A stretch of DNA of 64,000 nt from an uncultured cyanobacterium (GCA_963706595.1 OY970166.1:320001-384000); one strand, 5' to 3'; shown: positions 1 to 9,683, counted from the stretch's first letter. A program made the numbers and translations. Notes: generated by a model from the sequence alone, not told the origin.

Positions 1-828
1 GAAATTCTCTGGACGGCGATCCCAGCAATTATCGTTCTCGGTATTTCTGTTTATAGCTTTGAAGTGTACAACGACATCGGCGGCTTTGATCCTCACTCTG
101 TTCATGAAGCCCCGATGACTCAGGAATCCATGACAATGCCGGGATCTGCGATCGCCGCAACTTTAAGCGATACCCCTCCCAGCACAGGCTCCAACCTGAA
201 TCAGGAAAAGTCTGATCAGGCAATGGAAGACCCAGCCACCGCAGCAGTCCGCAATGCTGACCAAATTCCCCAAAAACGCAATGCGCCTGGGGTGGGTAGT
301 GTGGCTCCCACAATTGGGGGTAGTCCCGAAAGAGCAGGTTTACCACCAGAATTACGAGTTAATATCACTGGTTTACAATATGCGTGGATTTTCACCTATC
401 CTGATACAGGCATAACTACAGGTGAGATGCACGTTCCCGTGGGTCGGGAAGTCCAAATTAACATGACCGCCAATGATGTTATCCATGCTTTTTGGGTTCC
501 AGAATTCCGCTTGAAGCAAGATGCTATCCCCGGTAGACAAAGCGAAATTAGATTCACCCCCAGAATAGCTGGTACTTACGACCTGATTTGTGCTGAACTT
601 TGTGGCCCTTACCACGGAGCGATGAGAAGCCAAATAGTGGTAGAAACCCAAGAAGCTTATGACGCTTGGATGACAGAACAATTAGTTGCTAGCGGCGAAA
701 CACTAAATCAAGCCGTGGCTGTAAATTCTGCGGATTTATCCCCAGATGAATTTCTAACTCATTACACTAAGGACATGGGGATTAAACCAGAAATGCTACA
801 TCATATGCACCAAATGAGTGTGGAGTAA
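1..828 (+). CDS. coxB: Cytochrome c oxidase subunit II (aa3-type), 5' truncated by window edge
   Basis: Frame open from base 1 (EILWTAIP); CuA motifs DVIHAFW and CAELCGPYHGAM; first gene of coxBAC. Confidence 0.97.
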   Translation, partial: EILWTAIPAIIVLGISVYSFEVYNDIGGFDPHSVHEAPMTQESMTMPGSAIAATLSDTPPSTGSNLNQEKSDQAMEDPATAAVRNADQIPQKRNAPGVGSVAPTIGGSPERAGLPPELRVNITGLQYAWIFTYPDTGITTGEMHVPVGREVQINMTANDVIHAFWVPEFRLKQDAIPGRQSEIRFTPRIAGTYDLICAELCGPYHGAMRSQIVVETQEAYDAWMTEQLVASGETLNQAVAVNSADLSPDEFLTHYTKDMGIKPEMLHHMHQMSVE

Positions 829-865
829 AAAGTGCTGCTAGCTGAGTTAGGGGTTAATCTCTGAC

Positions 866-1045
866 CGAAAAAATGGGATACAAGCCCCGTCTTTTTAAGA
901 CGGCTTTCTGGTCAAATATGTATAGTCGCCATAGGGCATTGGGAGACTTTAAACGAACGTCGAGGGATGGTAAGACTATTTCGATAGCACAACCCAATGA
1001 AGCGTTAAGGAATCCTCTCTCCTTCAGGAAGAGGAGGTATGTCAC
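866..1045 (+). mobile_element. Non-autonomous IS200/IS605-type mini-element, family A copy 1
   Basis: Near-identical to 30079-30285; left hairpin CCGTC-TTTTTAA-GACGG, right hairpin CCTCTCTCCTTCAGGAAGAGG followed by TATGTCAC; preceded by CTGAC; no TIR or TSD. Confidence 0.8.
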
Positions 1046-1171
1046 TACGCTGACAATACCAAGCAAAAAATTCATGGTCATTCAGTCCTGAGAAACAACT
1101 AGGGAACACCAAAAAATTAATTTCCCGAATGACTAATGACCAATGACTAATGACTAATGACTAATTAACTT

Positions 1172-2866
1172 ATGACACAAACTCAGTTAGAAAAAACTGC
1201 CAATATCCCGCCTCATATAGAAGAACCAGAAGAAAGACATTGGCTAGACTTCTTTGGTTTCAGCACCGATCACAAGGTAATTGGAATTCAATACCTAGTT
1301 ACTTCTTTTGTTTTCTACTGCATTGGCGGCGTAATGGCTGACTTGGTGCGAACAGAACTACGCACCCCGGAAGTAGATTTTGTTACCCCAGAAATTTATA
1401 ACAGTCTATTTACACTGCACGCCACAATCATGATTTTTTTGTGGATTGTGCCAGCCGGGGCTGGATTTGCTAATTATCTGATTCCCCTGATGATTGGGGC
1501 GAGAGATATGGCATTTCCGCGCTTGAATGCTGTGGCTTTTTGGATGATCCCCCCGGCTGGTGTGTTGCTCATCGCTAGTTTAGCTCTGGGTGATGCGCCT
1601 GATGCTGGTTGGACTTCCTACCCTCCTTTGAGCTTGGTAACAGGTCAAGTGGGTGAGGGCATTTGGATTATGAGTGTCCTGCTGTTGGGTACATCGTCGA
1701 TTTTGGGAGCGATTAACTTTCTAGTTACGATTCTCAAAATGCGTGTTCCTAGCATGGGCGTTCATCAAATGCCTTTGTTTTGCTGGTCGATGTTGGCAAC
1801 TTCGGCTTTAGTGTTGCTATCTACACCAGTTTTAGCAGGGGCGCTGATTCTGCTGGGCTTTGATTTGTTAGCAGGGACAACATTTTTTAACCCCACTGGC
1901 GGGGGTGATCCGGTGGTTTACCAGCATATGTTCTGGTTCTATTCTCATCCGGCGGTATATATCATGATTTTGCCGTTCTTTGGGGCAATTTCGGAAATTC
2001 TGCCAGTTCATGCCCGTAAGCCGATTTTTGGCTATAAGGCGATCGCCTATTCATCTCTAGCAATTAGTTTCTTAGGGCTAATCGTCTGGGCGCACCACAT
2101 GTTTACCAGTGGTGTCCCCGGTTGGTTACGAATGTTTTTTATGATCACCACCATGATCATTGCTGTACCCACTGGAATTAAAATTTTTGGTTGGTTAGCA
2201 ACTATCTGGGGTGGCAAAATCAGTCTGAATAGTCCGATGATCTTTGCGATGGGCTTTTTAAGTACCTTCGTAATTGGCGGGATCAGTGGTGTAATGTTAG
2301 CCGCAGTTCCCTTTGATATTCACGTTCATGATACATATTTTGTAGTCGCACACTTGCACTACGTCCTGTTTGGTGGTAGCGTCTTAGGAATTTTTGCTGC
2401 TATTTACCACTGGTTCCCGAAAATGACGGGACGGATGATGAACGAATTTTGGGGTAAAGTTCATGCTGTATTAACCATTGTTGGTCTGAATATGACCTTC
2501 TTACCCATGCACAAGCTAGGGCTGATGGGAATGAACCGCCGAATTGCCCAATATGACCCGAAATTCACCTCATTGAATGAAATCTGCACCTACGGATCAT
2601 ATCTTTTGGCGATTTCGACATTACCCTTTATCATCAATGCTGTTTGGAGTTGGTGGTATGGCGAAAAAGCTGGTGATAATCCTTGGCGGGGACTCACCCT
2701 AGAATGGATGACTACCTCACCACCAGCCATTGAGAATTTTGATCCACTCCCGGTATTAGCTACTGGCCCTTACGACTATGGCGTAAGTAACAAAGAAGTG
2801 GATATTCAGGAGGTTTTAAATATCGAACCTGGCGAACCATACCCAACTATTGAGTCTGGCGCTTAA
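1172..2866 (+). CDS. coxA: Cytochrome c oxidase subunit I
   Basis: STDHKVIG, WFYSHPAVY, WAHHMF and HLHYVL heme-copper oxidase motifs. Confidence 0.98.
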   Translation: MTQTQLEKTANIPPHIEEPEERHWLDFFGFSTDHKVIGIQYLVTSFVFYCIGGVMADLVRTELRTPEVDFVTPEIYNSLFTLHATIMIFLWIVPAGAGFANYLIPLMIGARDMAFPRLNAVAFWMIPPAGVLLIASLALGDAPDAGWTSYPPLSLVTGQVGEGIWIMSVLLLGTSSILGAINFLVTILKMRVPSMGVHQMPLFCWSMLATSALVLLSTPVLAGALILLGFDLLAGTTFFNPTGGGDPVVYQHMFWFYSHPAVYIMILPFFGAISEILPVHARKPIFGYKAIAYSSLAISFLGLIVWAHHMFTSGVPGWLRMFFMITTMIIAVPTGIKIFGWLATIWGGKISLNSPMIFAMGFLSTFVIGGISGVMLAAVPFDIHVHDTYFVVAHLHYVLFGGSVLGIFAAIYHWFPKMTGRMMNEFWGKVHAVLTIVGLNMTFLPMHKLGLMGMNRRIAQYDPKFTSLNEICTYGSYLLAISTLPFIINAVWSWWYGEKAGDNPWRGLTLEWMTTSPPAIENFDPLPVLATGPYDYGVSNKEVDIQEVLNIEPGEPYPTIESGA

Positions 2867-2875
2867 GAAGAAGCA

Positions 2876-3045
2876 GGGGAGCGGGGAGCAGGGAGCAGGG
2901 GGGAATAAGAGGCAGGGGGGCAGGGTGCAGGGTGCAGGGGGGAAGAGGTGGCCTTATACCCACAATCCCCAGTCCCCAGTCCCAGTCCCCAGTCCCAGTC
3001 CCCAGTCCTCAGTCCCCAATTCCCAATTCCCAATTCCCAATTCCA
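2876..3045. repeat. STRR-type short tandem repeats (GGGAGCA / CCCCAGT / CCCAATT)
   Basis: Visible 6-7-mer tandem tracts between coxA and coxC. Confidence 0.9.
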
Positions 3046-3069
3046 ATTACAATACATTTTTAAAGATTC

Positions 3070-3690
3070 ATGCAAAGTCAAATAATTGACCCAGCGAAAA
3101 CTGAACTGAATCATCATGCTGCAACAGCAGATGCTCATCACGAAGCACATCCAGATCATCGTCTGTTTGGGCTAGTGGTATTTCTCATCGCTGAAGGAAT
3201 GCTTTTTTTGGGGATGTTCGGAGCTTATTTAGCTTTCCGTGCTACTTTACCTGCATGGCCTCCAGAAGGCACGCCGGAATTAGAACTATTGCTACCCGGA
3301 ATTAATACTATCAATCTGATTGCTAGTAGTTTTGTGATGCACAATGCTGATACCGCCATCAAAAAAAATGATGCCAAGGGTATGCAGATTTGGTTGACAA
3401 TTACAGCCTTAATGGGTGCTACTTTCTTGGTGGGTCAGGTTTATGAATATGCTCACCTGGAATTTGGTCTGACTACCAATTTGTTTGCTAGTTCATTTTA
3501 TGTGTTAACTGGCTTTCACGGTCTGCACGTTACTATCGGTGTTTTGGCCATTGTGGCTGTGTTGTGGCGATCGCGCGTTCCCGGTCACTACAGTAACGAA
3601 AAGCACTTCGGTATCGAAGCGGCGGAAATCTATTGGCACTTTGTTGACGTAATTTGGATTATTTTGTTCGGATTACTGTACTTACTGTGA
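3070..3690 (+). CDS. coxC: Cytochrome c oxidase subunit III
   Basis: TGFHGLHV and YWHFVDVIW motifs; third gene of the operon. Confidence 0.97.
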   Translation: MQSQIIDPAKTELNHHAATADAHHEAHPDHRLFGLVVFLIAEGMLFLGMFGAYLAFRATLPAWPPEGTPELELLLPGINTINLIASSFVMHNADTAIKKNDAKGMQIWLTITALMGATFLVGQVYEYAHLEFGLTTNLFASSFYVLTGFHGLHVTIGVLAIVAVLWRSRVPGHYSNEKHFGIEAAEIYWHFVDVIWIILFGLLYLL

Positions 3691-3733
3691 GTATTAATTA
3701 TAAGTTATTCACTCCACGCGAATAACTCCCTAA

Positions 3734-3753
3734 GCTCCCATCCGGGGGCTTTT
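3734..3753 (+). terminator. Probable intrinsic terminator of coxBAC
   Basis: GCTCCC-ATCC-GGGGGC hairpin followed by a T run. Confidence 0.5.
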
Positions 3754-4053
3754 CTCATGGCTTTTAGTCTCAAGTCTAGCGTGAAAGCCTTACAAACACT
3801 AAGTAAACTGACATTTCATACTTCCGAGCAAAGACCTTTCTCTGTCATGTTGCAGAAATCGATCAAGTTGTATTAAGCTATGCGGGAGCTGATGTAGATG
3901 AAGTACATAAAGCTATTCATACATCAGTAATACTGGGTGTTCCATGTCATATCAACGGCTCATGCATCTTGGAAAAAGAATCCCACAAGCTTGATTTCTT
4001 GAAACCAGTTCCCTTGCGAAGGCAAGGTAAATAATTCCACGGAGGAAGTCTGT

Positions 4054-4575
4054 ATGTTAAAGCAACTTTTGAAAGGTAGCTCTGTTTTGGCTTTTTTGTT
4101 CGCAGGAAATCTTTCAGTTCTCGCCCAAGCTCCAGAATCAAAACCTCAAATTCAACCGTCTCAATTGCTACAGGGACAACTTCAACTATCTCAAGCACAA
4201 ACGACTGTGAGCCAGGAAGAATTGCAACAATTTGCCAGCGTTATCCCAACGTTGCAGGAAATTGGTCAAACATCTCAACAGAGGTCTGCACAACTTATTG
4301 AGCAATCAGGCCTGAGCGTAGAGCGATTTCAAGAGCTTTCCGAAGCACAGTCCCCTGGAGCTACACCATCTTCACCAGCAACTCCAGAGGAACAACAATC
4401 TTTTAATCAAGTAGCCCCTGAAATCCAGTCAATCCGAGAGGAAACACTGGCACAACAGCAGGAAGTCGTGCGGGCTGGGGGTTTAGAACCAAACCGCTTC
4501 GATGAGATATTGGTCGCCATTCAGCAAGACCCAGCTTTGCAACAGCAGATACAGCAGCTGATGCAGAACAATTAG
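4054..4575 (+). CDS. Secreted Gln-rich protein, DUF4168-like
   Basis: N-terminal signal peptide; VSQEELQQFA and GLSVERFQE / GLEPNRFDEI repeated helical motifs. Confidence 0.7.
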   Translation: MLKQLLKGSSVLAFLFAGNLSVLAQAPESKPQIQPSQLLQGQLQLSQAQTTVSQEELQQFASVIPTLQEIGQTSQQRSAQLIEQSGLSVERFQELSEAQSPGATPSSPATPEEQQSFNQVAPEIQSIREETLAQQQEVVRAGGLEPNRFDEILVAIQQDPALQQQIQQLMQNN

Positions 4576-4595
4576 CGAAGTTTAGCTAAAAATTG

Positions 4596-4667
4596 TAGGT
4601 TGGGTTGACGTAACCAAACCCAACATCATTGGCAGCGTTGGGTTGCGCTACGCTTAACCCAACCTAC
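4596..4667. repeat. GTAG-type REP-like palindromic doublet
   Basis: GTAGGTTGGGTT...AACCCAACCTAC inverted ends; second copy at 62982-63077. Confidence 0.8.
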
Positions 4668-4790
4668 TTGATATTTCGTTTATATACCGAGATTTTTCTG
4701 TATTTTAGGCATATTTCATTAAAATAAAGAATATCATAGTGAAGGTAACTATATTTACCAAGTAGCTCAAACTTAAAAAACGTAATACCC

Positions 4791-4823
4791 AGATCCCCGA
4801 CTTCTTTGAGAAGTCGGGGATCT
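4791..4823. repeat. REP palindrome AGATCCCCGACTTCT-N3-AGAAGTCGGGGATCT (copy 1 of 5)
   Basis: Perfect 15-bp stem with TTG loop; other copies at 8867, 8968, 9069 and 9739 have a CAA loop (opposite orientation). Confidence 0.9.
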
Positions 4824-4873
4824 AAACCTCGTCTAGGTTGACCTACGTACTTAAATAGCGGTAGCTTTTAACT

Positions 4874-7800
4874 ATGCCTCTTACCTTCACTTTTACTCTC
4901 AGCCAAAACCAAACCTTTGAGCTGCGCTGTGACTACGGTACGCGCCGTCTCGATACTAATGAATTAGGTAGTCTGATTAATCTGTGTGAAGAAAGATACT
5001 ATTCTCAAGAAGAAGATGACACCGCACAGTTACGGAGTATCGGCTGTCAGTTGTATTCGTGGTTGGATGGTAAAGAAGGATGGTTACGCCAAGCTTTAAA
5101 TGCAGAAAATCACGGCACAATATATTTAGATTTAATTCAAACCAGTGAAGCTCAAGGTTTAAACCCCCAAACTCAAAAAGTGGCGTTGGGTTTAGCACAT
5201 TTGCCTTGGGAATTATTACACAACGGCACAGTATTTTTACATAAAGTTTTACCAGTCAGAGCAGTCCAGCAACAAAATAACCCAGTTATTTCCCAGCAAA
5301 ATCGCCCGTTGCGGCTGTTGTTTATGGCGACTTCACCAGAACACCCAGGAATTGCATCTCTACAATTTGAGCAGGAAGAAGCGAATATTCTCAAAGCCAC
5401 ACAAGAGCAGCCTTTGGCGTTGATTGTGGAGGAAAGCGGCTCGGTGGCTGAGTTGGGCAATTTAGTTCAGTCCTATCCCCCAGATTATTTTGATGTGTTC
5501 CATTTGACTGGGCATGGTGTTATTTATACAGTTAGGCAGTTTGGGGGCTATCTGCCGCCAGGTCGGAAAATTCACGATTATACTCCCTGCTTCATTACCG
5601 AGGATGAAGTGGGAGGTGTACAATTTACTACCGTTGATGATTTAGCGAAAGCCTTTCGGGGACGCTTTCCCCGTGTGGTGTTTCTCTCTGGCTGTCACAC
5701 TGGGCAACTTGCTAATAAAGGCACAGTTCCCTCAATGGCGCAGGCTTTGGTGAAAGCGGGTGTGGGTGTGGTTTTGGGCTGGGCGCGTCCGGTGTTTGAC
5801 AGGACAGGTATTATTGCTGCACAAGCGCTGTATCAAGCTTTGGCTACGGGGGCGACGGTGGAAGATGCGGTAAAAACGGCACAGCAGGAAATGATTACTC
5901 AGGAATGTTCCGACTGGCATTTATTGCGGATTTATCGGGATACTCGCCAGATTCAGGAGTTAGTCACACCACAGAATACGATAAAACGCGAAAGGCTGAG
6001 ATTTACACCACCTGAAAGTGAATTTCTCGATGAAAACAATATTGTCAAAGTTGCCAGTCAGGGGGAATTTTTCGGACGCAGAAGAGCTTTGCAGCGTGGG
6101 ATGTTGGCTTTGCGGGCAACTAGCGACCATATCGGCGTGTTTTTGGCGGGAATGGGCGGTTTGGGTAAAAGTTCTCTGGCGGCGCGGTTATGTACACGGG
6201 TGCAGTCGCAACGCCCCAATTTTCAGCGCGTGGTGTTGATTGGGCCTGTAAACGAGGTGGGTTTAATTAACAAGCTGGCGAGTAAGTATGAACGGTTTGC
6301 AGGTGTGCCGGCTTTGTTAAATCAGCCGGGAATTTCTTTTAAAGGGCGATTGCAAAACTTTTTTGAGGCCATAGAAGAGACACAGGATCAGCCTTTGTTG
6401 TTGGTTTTGGATGATTTTGAGCAAAATATCCCCCAAGGGAATATAGCAGATGGTAGTCTGCGGATGACTGCGGAAGCTTACGAGGTTTTAGCAGCTTTGT
6501 GTGCAGCTTTGGCTGAGAATCAAGCGGAAAGTCGGTTAATTGTTACCTGTCGCCATCTGAAGGAAGATACTCTTCCACCCCATCGCTTACATTTGGAAAG
6601 TTTGAATAAAATGGGTGAGGCGGATATTAATAAAATATTTTGGCAATTGGATCAGGATGTGAGGTTGCAAGTGAAAAAGCAGCGCCTCCTGACAATTGCT
6701 GATGGAAATCCGCGCTTGTTGAAGTGGCTGGTGGAAATTGTGCAGTTACCAGATTTGGCTACAGATGAGTTGCTGACAAAGTTGGAGGGTGTGCAACTCA
6801 AGTTTCGGGAAGATATTTTGGCGGAAGTTTTGTTAAATGCTTTGGAGGATGAGGAAAAAAAGTTTCTGGCTAGGTTGAGTGTGTTTCGTCTCCCGGTGAC
6901 GGAGGAAATAATTAAGAACCTCTCCCCAACCCCTCTCCTACGAGGAGAGGGGCTTCAAACTTCCACTTTAGGGGTTGGGGGGTTAGGTTTCCTGCCCAAA
7001 TTAATTAGTCTCAGTTTAGTGGAGTCAGCGACAACTTACGCCCAGCAAATTGCCGAATATCGGGTGACGACGATTTTAGAACCGTTGTTGGAATCGATAT
7101 TAACTGAGGAAGAATGGCAAACTACGCGCCAAGCTGCTACACGTAAAATTTATCAAACTTGGTGGGAAGCAACGGATAAGCGCTACACAGAAGAACAAGG
7201 GCGAGAAATTGTCAGATTGGCGGTGTTGGGACAGGAAAAAGAAATCGCCGTCACTTTGGGCGATAGCATTGCAATTCATTGGCTGGATAACAGCCGATAT
7301 GTGGAAGCACGGGAAATATGCCGAGAAATTCTGCAATTGGGTGAAGATTATCGAATTTTGGGGACTATCGCTAGTGCGGAACATACTTTGGGTTTTGTTA
7401 AGGAAGCGTTGACGCATTATGAACAAGCTTTAAAACTTTGCCCACTAGACGATTTAATAAAAAAAGCCGCCACGCTACACAATATGGCTCGATTAAAAGC
7501 TCAACAGGGAGATATCGCTGCTGCAAGCGTTCTGTTCCAGCAATCTTTAGATATCAATGAAAGCATCAACAATTTTAGAGATAGAGCTGCGACGCTACAA
7601 GAAATAGCTCATTTAAAAGCCCAACAGGAAGATTTACCAGATGCGATCGCACTTTTACGGCAATCTTTGGATATCTATGAAAGCATCAACTATGTCAAAG
7701 GCATAGCTACCACGCTACATAACATGGCTTATTTAAAAGACCAACAGGGGGATATATCTGGTGCAAGCGTTCTGTTCCAGCAATCTTTAGATATCTATGA

Positions 7801-8839
7801 AAGCATCAACGATGTCCGAGGTAAAGCCGCCACGCTACACCAAATGGCTCGATTACAAGCTCAACAGGGGGATATATCTGGTGCAAGCGTTCTGTTCCAG
7901 CAAACTTTGGATATTGAAGACAGCATCAACAATGTCCGAGGTAAAGCCGCCACCCTACACGAAATGGCTGTATTAAAAGCCCAACAGGGAGACATAGCCG
8001 GAGCGATCGCACTTTTCCAGCAAACTTTGGATATTGAAGACAGCATCAACAATGTCCGAGGTAAAGCCGCCACCCTACACGAAATGGCTGGATTAAAAGC
8101 CCAACAGGGAGACATAGCCGGAGCGATCGCACTTTTCCAGCAAACTTTGGATATTGAAGACAGCATCAACAATGTCCGAGGTAAAGCCACCACCCTACAC
8201 GCAATGGGGGGATTAAAAGCGCAACAGGGAGACATAGCCGGGGCGATCGCACTTTTCCAGCAATCTTTGGATATTGAAGACAGCATCAACGATGTCGGAG
8301 GTAAAGCCGTCACATTGGCAAATTTGGCTTATTGTGAAGGAGAAAGGGGAAATAAAACCAAGCAGTTAGAATTCTACCTGCTAGCAGCCCAACTACTCGG
8401 ACAAGTCCGCGCTTACGTATATTTACAGCAAGTTTTAAAGAATTTAGGCGTTACTGATGAAACGAAGGGAATCATCTACCTTGCTCAAGCTGTATGGCTG
8501 TGTATGCGAATTGAAGTACCTTTAATTAATATGATAAATACCCTTGAAGCTATGTACAATTGCATACCCCAAGGGGATGAAATGGAAGCTTTACTGGGTA
8601 CAGTTGCTGTGTATTTCTGCCAAATTCGCGGCACAGGACATCCCCAGTTAGAGGATTTACAACAGCGCAGTTTGAATATTTTATCCGGTTCTGCTGCTGC
8701 ACAGGGGATTGAAAACCAGAAAGCATCTGCTACTTGGTTTGTGCAGCAACGGTTGAATGACCCTGAATATTTTATACCGCAACTCAAGCAACGGTTAGAG
8801 GCGATTGTTGGGGATGAGTGGCTATTTGAGCGATTTTAA
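4874..8839 (+). CDS. CHAT (caspase-like protease) - STAND/NB-ARC NTPase - TPR protein
   Basis: LAHLPWELL, FHLTGHG (His) and FLSGCHT (Cys) CHAT motifs; Walker A GMGGLGKS, Walker B LLLVLDDFE, GNPRLL; 40-aa TPR-like repeats. Confidence 0.9.
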   Translation: MPLTFTFTLSQNQTFELRCDYGTRRLDTNELGSLINLCEERYYSQEEDDTAQLRSIGCQLYSWLDGKEGWLRQALNAENHGTIYLDLIQTSEAQGLNPQTQKVALGLAHLPWELLHNGTVFLHKVLPVRAVQQQNNPVISQQNRPLRLLFMATSPEHPGIASLQFEQEEANILKATQEQPLALIVEESGSVAELGNLVQSYPPDYFDVFHLTGHGVIYTVRQFGGYLPPGRKIHDYTPCFITEDEVGGVQFTTVDDLAKAFRGRFPRVVFLSGCHTGQLANKGTVPSMAQALVKAGVGVVLGWARPVFDRTGIIAAQALYQALATGATVEDAVKTAQQEMITQECSDWHLLRIYRDTRQIQELVTPQNTIKRERLRFTPPESEFLDENNIVKVASQGEFFGRRRALQRGMLALRATSDHIGVFLAGMGGLGKSSLAARLCTRVQSQRPNFQRVVLIGPVNEVGLINKLASKYERFAGVPALLNQPGISFKGRLQNFFEAIEETQDQPLLLVLDDFEQNIPQGNIADGSLRMTAEAYEVLAALCAALAENQAESRLIVTCRHLKEDTLPPHRLHLESLNKMGEADINKIFWQLDQDVRLQVKKQRLLTIADGNPRLLKWLVEIVQLPDLATDELLTKLEGVQLKFREDILAEVLLNALEDEEKKFLARLSVFRLPVTEEIIKNLSPTPLLRGEGLQTSTLGVGGLGFLPKLISLSLVESATTYAQQIAEYRVTTILEPLLESILTEEEWQTTRQAATRKIYQTWWEATDKRYTEEQGREIVRLAVLGQEKEIAVTLGDSIAIHWLDNSRYVEAREICREILQLGEDYRILGTIASAEHTLGFVKEALTHYEQALKLCPLDDLIKKAATLHNMARLKAQQGDIAAASVLFQQSLDINESINNFRDRAATLQEIAHLKAQQEDLPDAIALLRQSLDIYESINYVKGIATTLHNMAYLKDQQGDISGASVLFQQSLDIYESINDVRGKAATLHQMARLQAQQGDISGASVLFQQTLDIEDSINNVRGKAATLHEMAVLKAQQGDIAGAIALFQQTLDIEDSINNVRGKAATLHEMAGLKAQQGDIAGAIALFQQTLDIEDSINNVRGKATTLHAMGGLKAQQGDIAGAIALFQQSLDIEDSINDVGGKAVTLANLAYCEGERGNKTKQLEFYLLAAQLLGQVRAYVYLQQVLKNLGVTDETKGIIYLAQAVWLCMRIEVPLINMINTLEAMYNCIPQGDEMEALLGTVAVYFCQIRGTGHPQLEDLQQRSLNILSGSAAAQGIENQKASATWFVQQRLNDPEYFIPQLKQRLEAIVGDEWLFERF

Positions 8840-9102
8840 GTTTTTTCTGTTCCCTAGCGAGGGTTCAGATCCCCGACTTCTCAAAGAAGTCGGGGATCTA
8901 AAGGGATATGGGAGCATGGAAGCTATTTGAGCGATTTTAAGCTGTTTCTGTTCCCTAGCGAGGGTTCAGATCCCCGACTTCTCAAAGAAGTCGGGGATCT
9001 AAAGGGATATGGGAGCATGGAAGCTATTTGAGCGATTTTAAGCTGTTTCTGTTCCCTAGCGAGGGTTCAGATCCCCGACTTCTCAAAGAAGTCGGGGATC
9101 TA
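8821..9102 (+). repeat. 101-bp tandem repeat (about 2.8 copies), each containing the REP palindrome
   Basis: Units start at 8821, 8922 and 9023 with GCTATTTGAGCGATTTTAAG. Confidence 0.95.
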
Positions 9103-9110
9103 TGCTTAAG

Positions 9111-9683
9111 CTAATCATCTAGCAGTAGTGGCTGTAAGTCTCTGCTAATTTGTAAATTAGGATCTACTAAAAATTGCTGATATGCTGATTCTCCGTCAAT
9201 GTGCATCTTGATATATTGTGTATTGGGTAATTTTCCTGCTCTTAATCCTGCATATTCCAAATAACTGGAAAACTCCCATTCTTCTGGTTGCTTTACCAGT
9301 CCTGCTTTGACGGGATTGAGATGAATATAACGAGAGAGATTTATCAGATAATCAGTGTGTGAAATGTGGATACTTTGAAACCTTCCCTGAAACAAGACTC
9401 CAGAACGATTAAACCGTTTATTAATTGCTTTTGTATAGGCGAGTGAGAGAGATTTCATGGCATCAGAGAGGGTTTCATCTCTGAGATATACTAAAAAATG
9501 ATAATGATTGGGCATTAAACAGTAAGCAACGATATCTACTGCTTTAGTGATGAGATGTTCTTTTACTAACCTCAAAAAATAAATATAATTCTCACGCTCA
9601 AAGAAAATATTTTGCCGATTGTTCCCTCGATTGTAGACGTGATAAAAGTTTCCAGTATACAACGGAACTGCTCGTCGCGGCAT
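9111..9683 (-). CDS. REP-associated tyrosine (Y1/HUH) transposase (RAYT)
   Basis: YHVYNRGNNRQNIF, CLMPNHYH (HUH), LFQGRF, SRYIHLNP (catalytic Tyr), WEFSSY; REP palindromes on both sides. Confidence 0.9.
   Translation of the reverse strand: MPRRAVPLYTGNFYHVYNRGNNRQNIFFERENYIYFLRLVKEHLITKAVDIVAYCLMPNHYHFLVYLRDETLSDAMKSLSLAYTKAINKRFNRSGVLFQGRFQSIHISHTDYLINLSRYIHLNPVKAGLVKQPEEWEFSSYLEYAGLRAGKLPNTQYIKMHIDGESAYQQFLVDPNLQISRDLQPLLLDD

Noticed and set aside
854..1091. ORFs 854-1081, 873-1091 and 30118-30318
   Set aside because: They lie in family A mini-elements, and their starts and ends differ between copies while the RNA-like structure is kept
2850..3159. ORFs across STRR tracts (also 20239-20469, 20936-21153)
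   Set aside because: Low-complexity translations of heptamer repeats
7861..8313. Antisense 150-aa repeat ORF and the many other short antisense ORFs within long genes
   Set aside because: Shadows of the well-supported opposite-strand CDS
8821..9102. Palindromic repeats at regular spacing resembling a CRISPR array
   Set aside because: Intervening sequences are identical, so this is a tandem duplication rather than unique spacers
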